Source of the DNA: an uncultured delta proteobacterium
Lineage (GTDB): Bacteria > Myxococcota_A > Polyangia > Polyangiales > JAFGIB01
Direction: 5' to 3'
Assembly: GCA_963778655.1 (NCBI GenBank)
Contig: CAVZVA010000010.1
Coordinates: 1,312,001-1,376,000, forward strand
Length of the DNA stretch: 64,000 bases
The notes beneath the pieces were generated by a model. It searched no databases, had not been told where the DNA came from, and worked only from the letters and a program-made list of their open reading frames with translations. Shown here one piece after another: positions 27,115 through 36,783 of this stretch (its first letter is position 1; each line of letters begins with the position of its first letter). The position numbers and the translations under genes are program-made.

Positions 27115-30100
27115 TCACTTCCCCGCCTGGCACGGCTTACCGGTGCGCAGGATCTGCCGCGGCGCGGCTGCGCCCTTGGCGCGCACCGGCTGCAGGAACA
27201 GGGCCTGGTCGCTGTGGCCGGGAACGCCGAAGAAAGGAGATTCGCCCCGTTTGGGCCGGAAGTCGACCCGCAACGTGACGTCGTGGGTCTCGAGCTTCCA
27301 GGCCACTGTGAAGGTGCGGCCCGCGCCCGGCAGCAGGGTGCCAGCTTCGAGCAGGCGAAACAGACCCCAGGCGCCGTCCTGCGAGATGCGCTCGTGCATA
27401 CCGTTGGCGCCGCGGATCACGATCTGCGCGCCGGCTTGGGGGTTCTGGCCGGGCCACGTCAGCGTCTTCCACTTTTCGGGGCCGTTGTAGTGCTCGACGC
27501 TCTGCCCGCCGACCGTGAACTGGGTGCTGGCCACCTCCGGGCTCGGCTCCACCTTGAGCTCGAATTCGATGCTGGGGTCGGCCGCGCCGCTGGGATAGAA
27601 CGACACCGTCACGTCGCGCGAGCGGTTGAGGAACTCGAGCAGGCTCGATAGGTAGACCGAGCCGGCGTCCTGACCGAGCTTCTGCGAGTAGGCGTAGCGG
27701 TCGCCGTCGAGCGCGACCGTGTTGCCGAGCACCGCGTCCACGAACTTCCACACGCGGCCGTCCTTGGGCTGGTAGAAGTTCTTGAAGTCGGTCAGCGCGG
27801 CGTCCTGGCCATCGCGGTTGAAGGGGTAGCGCCCGAGCAGCGTGCGCTCGTAGCTGGCGACCACGTCGTTGCACCAGGATGCGGCCGTGCCGCTCGCGAT
27901 CGCGATCGTGCTGCTGCTCGCCGCGCTCTCGATCGGCGGCCACAGCAGCGCCTCGAACAGCGGTCGCCAGCCGACCTGCTGCTGGTCGATGATCGCGCGC
28001 ACCTTGACCCGCGCTTCCTGCAGGTGCTTCTGCAGCTGCTCGGTCTGTTGCGGATCGTCGAGATACATCTGCAGCGCGTCGCGCACGAACGCGAGCTGCT
28101 CCTGGTAGACGTCGAAGGGGACGGCCGCGCGCGGCCCGCCGTCGCCGCTGTCGGGCGGGACGGCAAAGACGGTGAGGCCCTCGAACGCCTTGGCCACGTC
28201 GGCCTCGGCCAGCATGCCCTGGCCGCCGGACGCGATGTGCTTGCCGATCTCCTTGTTGGCCTTGGCCGCGTTCTCGGCGCCGAGCAGGCCCTCGAGCTTG
28301 TTCTTGAGCTTGTCCACTGCGCCCTCGGCTGCCTGTTTGGCCAGGCTTTCGGGGCTCACCTTGGGCTTGAGGGCGACGTTGTAGGCGACTTTCTGGATCA
28401 GCAGCGAGACCGGCGGCGGCGAGCCGCGCGACAGCTCGCGCAACAGGGCGAGCGCGGCGGTGTGGTCCGCCGGCGCGTCGATGCGGATGCTGCGCAGGAA
28501 GCTCTGCCACTCCTCGATATAGCCGTGGAAATAGGCGTTGCGCAGCTGCTCGAGCTGAAGGTCGCGCTGCTGCTTGACCGCCTCGCCGGTGTTGGCCAGG
28601 CCCAGCACCCACAGCTCGCCGGCGTCGTCGAGGATGTCGGTGGTCAGCCGGTCGCGCACCACGTTCTCGAAGCCACGCCGGGTGAACGCGCCGCGCACGC
28701 GGCCGTCGCCGCGCAATGCCCCGTTCATGCCGATCAGGCGCTCGAGCGTGAGCCCGTAGCCCTCGGGCTCGGCCAGCGCGATCAGGCGCGCCAGCGCCCG
28801 CGCCGTGGCCGGTACGCGGTTGAGCGCCTCGCGCACGCGCTGCACCACCTCCTTGTCGCGCGGGAACGCCAGATCGGGAAACTCGCGCATGAAGCCGACG
28901 TAGAGCTCGGCGTTGGTGCGCGCAGCCTCGAGCAGTGCCGGGTCCTTACCCGCCGCGCGCGAGAAACGCAGCACCAGCTGCTGCTTGACCCAGTCCTGTT
29001 GGGCCTTGTCGAACGCAGGCTCGCCGTTGCTCTTGGGCCGGGTGAGCACCAGGTGCAGCCGCAGCACGGGATAGACCAGCTCGTGCTCCTCTTCGGTGGG
29101 CTGCGCCCGCGGCAGCGAAACGTAGTGGAAGCCGAAGTCGGTCATCGCCTCGACGTCGCGCGCGATCGCGGGCTGCACCAGCTCGCGGCGCAGCAGGTTC
29201 GCGTAGTAGCGCCGCATCGGCGCCACCAGCTCGCCGGTCTGGTACATGCCCATGCGCATCGACAGCGGCGGGCCGTTCTTCTCGTAGCCGATCAGCGCGT
29301 TGACCTGCTTGCGCAGCGGCTCCAGCCGTTCGAGCTTGTGCTTGTCGTCCCACTTCTTCTGGTCGGCGCCCTCCCACTCGTCGACCGCCGACTGCAGCCG
29401 CACCAGCGCGAGCTTGTTGAGCGACCAGGCGTAGCTGGGAACGCCGCCAAAGGTGAGCGAGCAAGCGCCCAGCACGATCGTCACCACCAGCCGCCGCAGG
29501 CGCTGGCGCCGCAGCTCTGCCTCGCTGGCCGAGGCCACGTCGCGGTCGGGGAAGATCACGTTGAGGAAGACGTCGTGCAGGAAGTAGCTCTTCTGGTCGA
29601 CTACCGCTTCGACCGGCTCGACCTTGCGGCGAATGCCCATCGACTCGGCCAGCCGGTTCATCAGCAGGTTGAACGGCCGTCCCTCCTGGGTGCCGCTGGT
29701 GAAGTAGACCCCGCGCAGCGAAGGCGTCTGCTGGTAGACGTTCTCCTGGAACATCACCGCGACGAAGCGGCTGAGGTTGCGGCGCAGCACGCTGAACTGC
29801 TGCGGAAAGGCGTAGATCTTCGAACGCCGGTCGAGGCTGCGCTCGTGCTCGTCGGCCATGCGCGCCAGCGAGCGGCGTTCCAGCACGTCGGCGAGCTCGT
29901 CGAAGCGCTCGCCGAAGAACGCGCCGGCGTCGCCGATCGGCTTGGCCAGCTCCGCGGTGAAGCCCCACACCTGTTGGCGCTCGCTGCGCTTGAGCCCGCC
30001 GAAGGTCTCGAGGAAGCCCTCGACCAGGTCGCACTTGGTGAACAGCACGTAGACCGGCACCGACACCCGCAGGTGCGCTTGCACCTCGTCGAGGCGCTCG

Positions 30101-30795
30101 CGCATGCGCAGCGCCATCGCCTCGACCTCGTCCTCGTGCGCGTTGACCACGTCGCCCACGCTGATCGCGGTGATCAGCCCGTTGAGCGGCTTCTTCGGCC
30201 GGTACTTGGCGATCAGGCCGAGAAACGACAGCCACTCGTCGTGATCCTCTTCCTGGGTGGCCCAACGGCCCGCAGTGTCGAGCACCACCGCCTCGTTGGT
30301 CAGCCACCAGTCGCAGTTGCGCGTGCCGCCGAGCCCCTTGACCGCGGCCGCGCCTCCGCGCGAGGTGTAGGGGAAGTTCAGCCCCGAGTTGCGCAGCGCG
30401 GTGCTTTTGCCCGCGCCCGGCGGGCCGATGATCGAGTACCAGGGCAGCAAGTACAGCGCGTCGCGGCCGCCGGCGCCGAGCTTACTGCTCTTGAGCGCCA
30501 GCACCGCCTTGTCGAACTCCTCCTGCATGCGCTGGACCTCGAGCTGCAGGTCCGGGCGCACCACGCGCGACTGCTCCTTGGCCTGCGCGGCCAGCGCCTT
30601 CTCCAGGCCGCGCGCCGCGCGCTGCGCGCGCAGCCGCCGCCACACCAGCACGCCCACGCCCGAGAGCACCAGCAGCGCGGTCAGTGCGAACGGCGCCCAC
30701 AGCGTGACCTTGAGCAGGATCGCGACCAGCCAGCACAGTGCCACGAACAGCACCGTGAGCATGACGAGCGCGGCGACGAGGAGCTTGACGAGCAT
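27115..30795 (-). CDS. tssM: T6SS membrane complex subunit TssM (IcmF)
   Basis: N-terminal TMs, LPWYSIIGPPGAGKS, NCDWW, LDTAGRW, PVYVLFTKCDL, LRGVYFTSGTQEG, GRYPF, GAWGLFRLL. Confidence 0.97.
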   Translation of the reverse strand: MLVKLLVAALVMLTVLFVALCWLVAILLKVTLWAPFALTALLVLSGVGVLVWRRLRAQRAARGLEKALAAQAKEQSRVVRPDLQLEVQRMQEEFDKAVLALKSSKLGAGGRDALYLLPWYSIIGPPGAGKSTALRNSGLNFPYTSRGGAAAVKGLGGTRNCDWWLTNEAVVLDTAGRWATQEEDHDEWLSFLGLIAKYRPKKPLNGLITAISVGDVVNAHEDEVEAMALRMRERLDEVQAHLRVSVPVYVLFTKCDLVEGFLETFGGLKRSERQQVWGFTAELAKPIGDAGAFFGERFDELADVLERRSLARMADEHERSLDRRSKIYAFPQQFSVLRRNLSRFVAVMFQENVYQQTPSLRGVYFTSGTQEGRPFNLLMNRLAESMGIRRKVEPVEAVVDQKSYFLHDVFLNVIFPDRDVASASEAELRRQRLRRLVVTIVLGACSLTFGGVPSYAWSLNKLALVRLQSAVDEWEGADQKKWDDKHKLERLEPLRKQVNALIGYEKNGPPLSMRMGMYQTGELVAPMRRYYANLLRRELVQPAIARDVEAMTDFGFHYVSLPRAQPTEEEHELVYPVLRLHLVLTRPKSNGEPAFDKAQQDWVKQQLVLRFSRAAGKDPALLEAARTNAELYVGFMREFPDLAFPRDKEVVQRVREALNRVPATARALARLIALAEPEGYGLTLERLIGMNGALRGDGRVRGAFTRRGFENVVRDRLTTDILDDAGELWVLGLANTGEAVKQQRDLQLEQLRNAYFHGYIEEWQSFLRSIRIDAPADHTAALALLRELSRGSPPPVSLLIQKVAYNVALKPKVSPESLAKQAAEGAVDKLKNKLEGLLGAENAAKANKEIGKHIASGGQGMLAEADVAKAFEGLTVFAVPPDSGDGGPRAAVPFDVYQEQLAFVRDALQMYLDDPQQTEQLQKHLQEARVKVRAIIDQQQVGWRPLFEALLWPPIESAASSSTIAIASGTAASWCNDVVASYERTLLGRYPFNRDGQDAALTDFKNFYQPKDGRVWKFVDAVLGNTVALDGDRYAYSQKLGQDAGSVYLSSLLEFLNRSRDVTVSFYPSGAADPSIEFELKVEPSPEVASTQFTVGGQSVEHYNGPEKWKTLTWPGQNPQAGAQIVIRGANGMHERISQDGAWGLFRLLEAGTLLPGAGRTFTVAWKLETHDVTLRVDFRPKRGESPFFGVPGHSDQALFLQPVRAKGAAAPRQILRTGKPCQAGK

Positions 30796-30806
30796 CGGTC
30801 GCTAAC

Positions 30807-31484
30807 TCAGCTCCCGGTGAGCGCGGTTACGCGCTCCACCAGGCGTCCGGCCTGGTCGACCAGGCTGAGCTTCAGCCACATATAGAGCAGCACCGAAGCC
30901 ACCGCGGCGACCACCGAGAGCCACACCAGCAGCATGTTGCGGCGCGCGTCGACGATCGCCTCGTACGGGCGCGGCCCGTGCGGCGACAGCCCCAGCTCCT
31001 CGGGGATGACCTTGGCGCGCACCAGGTCTTCGCGCACGCGCTCGATGATGTCGGCCAGCTCGATCTGGCCGCCGCGCACGCGGTATTGCCCATGGAAGCC
31101 GAACAGCAGGCACAGGTAGTACACGCGCAGGGTGTCGACGCGCGTCGGGTCGCGCCGCACGCTCTCCAGGCGGTGGAAGAACGCCTGGCCCGCCACGTTC
31201 TCGCCGAAGTAGCGCAGCTGCAACAACCGCGGCAGCCAGAACTCGGCCAGCGCGCCGCCGCGCTGCAGCACGGTCTCATCGGTCAGCGCGACCAGCGCGT
31301 AGCGCATGTCCTCGACGTCCTGCTGCGACAGGCCCATGCGCGTGGCGGCGCGCAGCCCCTGGTCGATGTAGGTCGAGAGCTGCTGGTGAATCACCTCCGG
31401 CATCGGGGTGGAGTCAGGGTCCATGCGCTGGATCTGGGCCAGCGCGTTGAACACGGCTTCGGTGGCTTCGGTGACGCGATCCAT
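30807..31484 (-). CDS. tssL: T6SS TssL (DotU)
   Basis: RYALVALTDETV, LQLRYFGENVAGQAFF, YYLCLLFGFHGQY, C-terminal TM helix. Confidence 0.95.
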   Translation of the reverse strand: MDRVTEATEAVFNALAQIQRMDPDSTPMPEVIHQQLSTYIDQGLRAATRMGLSQQDVEDMRYALVALTDETVLQRGGALAEFWLPRLLQLRYFGENVAGQAFFHRLESVRRDPTRVDTLRVYYLCLLFGFHGQYRVRGGQIELADIIERVREDLVRAKVIPEELGLSPHGPRPYEAIVDARRNMLLVWLSVVAAVASVLLYMWLKLSLVDQAGRLVERVTALTGS

Positions 31485-31502
31485 CGGCAACGCCGCCCGG
31501 GC

Positions 31503-32876
31503 TCAGGCGCCCTCTCTGCGCGAGCGCGCGGGCACGCCCATCAGCGCGATCGTGGTTTTGGCCGGGTCGAACAGTGGCGGCAGGTAGACCGCGATGTTCT
31601 TCTCCAGCTTGATGTTGCGAAAGTAGGCGTTCTCGGTGGCGACCGCGAAGTACACCAGGCCCGCCTTCACCGGGATCTCCGGCGGCGGGCGATAGGTGAC
31701 CTCGACCGGCGCGCCCGGGGTGGCCGCCGAGAGGATGCCCTGGATCTCGGCCAGCGACGCGATCTTGCACAGGCGCGGCACCTGCGTGGCGGTGGGCTGC
31801 TCGGGCAGGTCGGTCTTGATCGCGAGCAGGAAGCGATCGCAGGCCCACACCCGCTCCTCCTGCAGCGTCGCCACGTACATGCCATTGGGCCGGCCCTCGA
31901 GCGGCACCGATACGTAGTGCTCCTCGATCGTCGACTGTAGCAGCGCGGTCAGGCGCGCCAGCAGCGTCTCGAAGGTCGAGCGCAGGTCGGTGTACACGAA
32001 GGAGGGCAGGTCGGTCGGCCCGATCTCGGTCGAGAACGTGGTCAGCTGCCCGGCAAGCTGCGACAGCAGGATGTAGCAGGCGTGTGGCGAGACGTGCCCC
32101 GAGTCGACCACGTGGGTCAGCACCGGGATGTACGCGTTGATCGTGCTCAGCAGCAGGAAGCGCGTGACATCCTTGGCGCCGAACTCGACGCTGGACTTGC
32201 CCGCCTCGCTGCGCGCCGCCGAAAGCGCCGTGTGGCGCGTCACCATGGTGCCGAGCAGGCGCCGCAGGCCGGCCATCAGAAAGGCCGAGGCGCTGACGCG
32301 CTGACACGGCGGGATGTAGGGCTCGGCCACCACCAGGCCGCCGGCGTCGTCGCGCACGATCTCAACGATCTTCATGCAGGTCAGCCCGTCGCGGGACTCG
32401 TCGCCGAATAGCAACAAGGGCCTGCGACGGGCGAAGGTGACCTCGACGCTGGTGTTGGAGCCCGCCATGTCGAGCACCTCGCGCCGCTGCTGCGCGTAGC
32501 GCACCGGCGCCGCGCTCTGCGGCGCGAAGTTGTCGATGCCTTCGCGCTCGGCGGGCAGCCCCAGGTAGACGTCGAGGCTGAGCTGGGTGTGGGGGAAGTG
32601 CTCGGCGATCACCCGGCTCGCCGGTGCCTCGGCGTGGTTCTCGTCGAAGGCCAGCACCGTCCCGTCGGGCAGCACGCCGCGGAAGGCCGCCAGCTTGATC
32701 TGATTGGCCGAAAGCGCCTTCTTGTCCAGCTCGACCCGCGTCACGCCCCAATTGAAGGGATCGATCGCGTCGAGCCGATCGGAGAGCAGCGACTCGTGGA
32801 ACAGGTCTTGCTGCTGCAGATGCTGCGGCGACATCAGCAACCCCTCGCTCCACACCACCTTCTGCGCTGCCCTCAT
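31503..32876 (-). CDS. tssK: T6SS baseplate subunit TssK
   Basis: KVVWSEGLLMSPQHLQQQD, WGV, GVLPDGT, YIPPC, PPPEIPVKAG..YF. Confidence 0.96.
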   Translation of the reverse strand: MRAAQKVVWSEGLLMSPQHLQQQDLFHESLLSDRLDAIDPFNWGVTRVELDKKALSANQIKLAAFRGVLPDGTVLAFDENHAEAPASRVIAEHFPHTQLSLDVYLGLPAEREGIDNFAPQSAAPVRYAQQRREVLDMAGSNTSVEVTFARRRPLLLFGDESRDGLTCMKIVEIVRDDAGGLVVAEPYIPPCQRVSASAFLMAGLRRLLGTMVTRHTALSAARSEAGKSSVEFGAKDVTRFLLLSTINAYIPVLTHVVDSGHVSPHACYILLSQLAGQLTTFSTEIGPTDLPSFVYTDLRSTFETLLARLTALLQSTIEEHYVSVPLEGRPNGMYVATLQEERVWACDRFLLAIKTDLPEQPTATQVPRLCKIASLAEIQGILSAATPGAPVEVTYRPPPEIPVKAGLVYFAVATENAYFRNIKLEKNIAVYLPPLFDPAKTTIALMGVPARSRREGA

Positions 32877-32915
32877 GCTCGTTCTCCTGGGCTCGAATGC
32901 GGCCCGCGCCCGACG

Positions 32916-33782
32916 CTATTTGTCGTCGTCTTCTCCGCCCACCGTGGGCCGGGGCCGGCTCGGGTCCTCCTCGAAGGTGCGCAGCCGGCGGTGGCGCAGC
33001 TCCTCGGGGAGCTCGTTGGGGGCGCCGGTCGTCTCCGACGAGGCGCAGCGGCTGTCCCCGGCCATGCAGCTGCGTTTGGGCAGCGCCGCGTAGTTGTTGA
33101 CCGATTCGATCCGGTAGCTCTCCAGAAACATGCGGATGCGCAGATCGACGAGGCGCGGGGCCGCCTTGGCGTCGTTGTGTTCGGCGCACGGATCGCCCGG
33201 CAGTGGGAGCTCCTGCACCGTGCGCCAGGCCGAGCCCACGGGGCTGCGGAAGATGGCGACCCCGACGATGTAGTCGGCCTGCGGGTTGCGCTGGAAGCGG
33301 CGTACCACCACCTGGCCGGGGTAGAGCGTCATCTCGTCGGCGCCGAGCAGGGTGTCCCCGAGGGTGTCCTTGGCGTTTTCGAACATGTCGTCGGAGGACG
33401 CCTGCTGCAGGCGGCTCAGGTCGCGCACCTGGTACAGGCGCAGCTGCGTCGGCAGCGACTGGCCCTCGGCGTCGCGGTTGAGACGGTCAGAGGTCTCGAC
33501 CTCGAGCTCCACCGCGGTGGGGACCTTGCAAGTCGGCTTGGCGCCGGCGCAGCCCAGCAGCAGCACGCAGCTCCACACCGCCGCAGCGACACGGCCAAAG
33601 TCGCGCGAGACCGCCGGAGCCGAGCGACGGCTCGCGCGCTCGGCGGCCTCGCGACCGCCCGGGGCGCGGGTCCCGCGCCGCAGGCAGGCTGCGCGCCCGC
33701 GGCGCGCGGGTAGCTGGGGTCCCGCGAGCGCGGTGCGGCGGGGCCCGTTCGGGCTCCGGCAGGTGTGGTCCGTGTTGGCCAT
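32916..33782 (-). CDS. tssJ: T6SS lipoprotein TssJ (start uncertain)
   Basis: Lipobox LLLGC, LNRDAEGQSLPTQLRLYQVRD, TLYPGQ, YIVGVAIFR, W core. No well-placed start codon near the signal peptide. Confidence 0.88.
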   Translation of the reverse strand: MANTDHTCRSPNGPRRTALAGPQLPARRGRAACLRRGTRAPGGREAAERASRRSAPAVSRDFGRVAAAVWSCVLLLGCAGAKPTCKVPTAVELEVETSDRLNRDAEGQSLPTQLRLYQVRDLSRLQQASSDDMFENAKDTLGDTLLGADEMTLYPGQVVVRRFQRNPQADYIVGVAIFRSPVGSAWRTVQELPLPGDPCAEHNDAKAAPRLVDLRIRMFLESYRIESVNNYAALPKRSCMAGDSRCASSETTGAPNELPEELRHRRLRTFEEDPSRPRPTVGGEDDDK

Positions 33783-34091
33783 CGGCTGGGGCGGCGGGCG
33801 AGGTGCCAAGCATGGCCAAAGCCCGGCCCGCCCACAAGTTGCTCGACCTGCGTCCGCGCGCGCGGCGCCGGCTGGCGCCGCACGGTGTAGACCGGCGTTA
33901 CCCCAAACGGGGTGGATGTTCAATCGTCGAAACCAAAGCTCGCGGCCCCGCGCCGCCTTTGGATCGTCACCACGGGCACCTTTGCTCTGGCGGGGTCGCG
34001 GCGTTATAGATTACGCTGCACTCCCCGGGGGAGGGCTGACCGTGCTCGTGGTCCGCCCGCTGCCACCGGGCCGAACCGGAAGGGACCGACC

Positions 34092-34589
34092 ATGTCTGGA
34101 CGCGTATATCTTCGACTCAAGGCCAACGGACAGGACATCAAGGGCGAGAGCTCGGTCAGCAAGATCGGCGATGAGGACGTTTCCCAGCTCATCGAGTGCG
34201 ATCACTACAGCGAGGCCTGCAAGACCGCCCAGGAAGCCGGCTCGATGACGCCGACCGGCACCCGCCTGTACGAGCCCATCGTTATCCGCAAGAACGTGGA
34301 CGCGTCCTCGCCTCTGCTGATGCGCGCCCTGACCGACACCGAGCCGTGCGAGGGTGAGTTCCTGTTCTTCCGTCCCACCAAGAGCAGCGGCAAGCAGGAG
34401 AAGTTCTTCACCATCACCATCGGCGACGCGCGCATCTGCGCGGTCAAGCGCTACCTGATCGGCGACGACGTCGACGTCAGCGCCTCCGGCAAGCCGCCGC
34501 AGGAAGAGATTTCGTTCGTGTTCGGCAAGATCACGTGGAAGCACGAGACCGGCAACACCGAGCACGACGACATGTGGCAAGAGCAGTGA
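34092..34589 (+). CDS. hcp: T6SS tube protein Hcp (TssD)
   Basis: MSGRVYLRLKANGQDIKGES, EPIVIRKNVDASSPLL, EEISFVFGKITWKH. Confidence 0.95.
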   Translation: MSGRVYLRLKANGQDIKGESSVSKIGDEDVSQLIECDHYSEACKTAQEAGSMTPTGTRLYEPIVIRKNVDASSPLLMRALTDTEPCEGEFLFFRPTKSSGKQEKFFTITIGDARICAVKRYLIGDDVDVSASGKPPQEEISFVFGKITWKHETGNTEHDDMWQEQ

Positions 34590-34618
34590 GCGCGCGCGGG
34601 CCTGCGCGGCGCTGAGCC

Positions 34619-34996
34619 ATGGCGGTTCGTGGACTGCTGGGGCGACTTGCGACGGGGCAGCGGCGGGCGGAGCCGCTGCCCGCGATCGTGGCTCACCTCA
34701 GCGATCTGCTGAACTCGCACCAGGGCCATTCCTGCACGGTGCCGGCGTTCGGGGTGCTCGACTTCAACGATGTCGTGCACAACCTTCCCGACGCCGTGCG
34801 CCACCTGCAGCAGTCGATCCGCGCCACCATCATCGCCCACGAGCCGCGCCTGCAGAACGTCAACGTGCGCTTCGTGCCGGGCGCCGATCCGCTGGTGTTG
34901 CAGTTCGAGATCGTCGCGCGCTTGGCCAGCGACCGACACAGCCTGGTGCGGATGAAGACCCGGGTTAGGCCGGGTGGGCAAATCGTCGTAGAGTAA
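34619..34996 (+). CDS. tssE: T6SS baseplate subunit TssE (gp25-like)
   Basis: HLSDLLNS, FGVLDF, IIAHEPRLQNVNV. Confidence 0.93.
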   Translation: MAVRGLLGRLATGQRRAEPLPAIVAHLSDLLNSHQGHSCTVPAFGVLDFNDVVHNLPDAVRHLQQSIRATIIAHEPRLQNVNVRFVPGADPLVLQFEIVARLASDRHSLVRMKTRVRPGGQIVVE

Positions 34997-35040
34997 CCGG
35001 CGCGCTTGGCCGTGAAGGCCGCGTCACGCGGAGCTTCGGG

Positions 35041-36783
35041 GTGTTCAACCTCTACTATCAAACCGAGCTCACGTATCTGCGCGAGCTCGGTCGCGAGTTT
35101 TCGGAGGCCAACCCCGAGCTCGCCGACCTGTTCGTCGAGCGCGGCGGCGATCCGGACGTCGAGCGCCTGCTCGAGGGCTTCGCCTTCCTGACCGCGCGTA
35201 TGCGCGAGCGCATCGACGACGCAGTGCCCGAGCTGATCGCCTCGCTGGCGCAGCTGCTGCTGCCGCACTACGTGCGCACGCTGCCGGCCACCTCGATCGT
35301 GCAGTTCACCCCCAACCCCAACGCGCTGCGTACGCGCCACCGCGTGCCGCGTGGCACCGAGCTCGGCGCGCGCCCGGTCGACGGTACTTCCTGCCGCTTT
35401 CGCACCACCTCGGACCTCGACCTCTTGCCGCTGGCGATCGAGCACGTCGCGCTGGACAAGAGCGCGCCGCAGTCACCCGAGCTGCGGATCGGCCTGCGCA
35501 GCCTGGTCGAGGGCCTGTCGCCGGCGTTCGACGAGCAGGGCCTGCGGCTCTACCTCAACGCGCCCTTGCCGCAGGCCTCGCTGCTGTTTCTGTGGCTGCT
35601 GCGGCACCTGCGGGGGGCCGCCTACCGCAGCAAGGACGGCCAAGAGCACACCCTGCAGACGCGCGTGGTGGCTTCGGGGCTTTCCCCCGATCACGCCATG
35701 CTGCCCTGGCCGCGCCTGGCCCCCGAGGGCCCGCGCTTGCTGCAGCAGTACTTCATCCTGCCGCAGTCGATGTTCTTCGTGGACCTGTTCGGTCTGGAGC
35801 AGGTACCGATCGACCTGCGCACCGAGCGTTTCGAGCTGCGGCTGGCCTTCGAGCGGCCGCCGCCGCTGCCCGAGCGCATCGAGACCGAGCAGCTCCAGCT
35901 GCACTGCACCCCGGTGGTCAATCTCTTCGACGCCAGCGCAGATCCGATCGCGCGCGACCCGCGCATGCGCGAGTACCTGTTGCGGGCGGCCAACGTCAAC
36001 CCGCGCCACATGGAGGTGTACGAGGTCAAGTCGGTGGTCGGCGTGCGGCCGGAGCGACGCGACCGTGTGCACTACCAGCCGTTCTTCGACTACGCGCACG
36101 CCGGGCTGCCCGGAGAGCAGCAGGTCTTCTTCAACTTGCGGCGGGCGCTGTCGCCGATCGACGGCGGGCTCGACTCGTATCTGGGCGTGCTCACGCCACG
36201 CGACACCGCGCCGGAGCTCGGCAACGAGACACTGTCGATCGACCTTGTGTGTACCAACCGCAATCTGCCGGCCGAGCTGCGCGTCGGCGACATCAGTGTG
36301 CCTACCCCCGGCTCGCCCACCATCGCGCGCTTCCGCAACTTGACCGGAGTCTCGACGCCGGTCCCGCCGCCGCTCGGCAGCGAGCTGCACTGGCGGCTGA
36401 TCGCGCACCTCGGCTGCAACCAGCGCTCGCTCGCTGACCCCGGCGTGCTGCGCAGCCTGCTCCAGCTCTACAACTTCCTGCCCGCCAAGAAGCAGCAGGG
36501 GCGCGCCAACGAGCTGCGCGCCACCTCGGTGCGGGAGGTCGAGATCAGCGCCACCTCGCGCATGCTCGAGGGGGCCGCGCTGCGTGGCCTGCGCACGCGC
36601 GTCGAGGTCGACGAGACCCAGTTCGCGGGGATCGGAGATGCCTTCGCCTTCGGCTGTGCGCTGGATAGCTTGCTGGCAGCGCAGGTGCCGATCAACTGTT
36701 TCAACCTGCTGGCGCTGGTGCTGCACCCGAGCGCCACGGAGCTCGCATGGCCGCCCCGGAACGGGAACCTGCCGATCCTGTGA
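35041..36783 (+). CDS. tssF: T6SS baseplate subunit TssF
   Basis: YYQTELTYLRELGREF, DPDVERLLEGFAFL, LHCTPVVNLF, CTNRNLP, WRLIAHL. Confidence 0.97.
   Translation: MFNLYYQTELTYLRELGREFSEANPELADLFVERGGDPDVERLLEGFAFLTARMRERIDDAVPELIASLAQLLLPHYVRTLPATSIVQFTPNPNALRTRHRVPRGTELGARPVDGTSCRFRTTSDLDLLPLAIEHVALDKSAPQSPELRIGLRSLVEGLSPAFDEQGLRLYLNAPLPQASLLFLWLLRHLRGAAYRSKDGQEHTLQTRVVASGLSPDHAMLPWPRLAPEGPRLLQQYFILPQSMFFVDLFGLEQVPIDLRTERFELRLAFERPPPLPERIETEQLQLHCTPVVNLFDASADPIARDPRMREYLLRAANVNPRHMEVYEVKSVVGVRPERRDRVHYQPFFDYAHAGLPGEQQVFFNLRRALSPIDGGLDSYLGVLTPRDTAPELGNETLSIDLVCTNRNLPAELRVGDISVPTPGSPTIARFRNLTGVSTPVPPPLGSELHWRLIAHLGCNQRSLADPGVLRSLLQLYNFLPAKKQQGRANELRATSVREVEISATSRMLEGAALRGLRTRVEVDETQFAGIGDAFAFGCALDSLLAAQVPINCFNLLALVLHPSATELAWPPRNGNLPIL

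Noticed and set aside
33794..33810. Sigma54-like TGGCAC-N5-CCGC on the minus strand upstream of tssJ
   Set aside because: Poor -12 element, and too close to the only candidate ATG.
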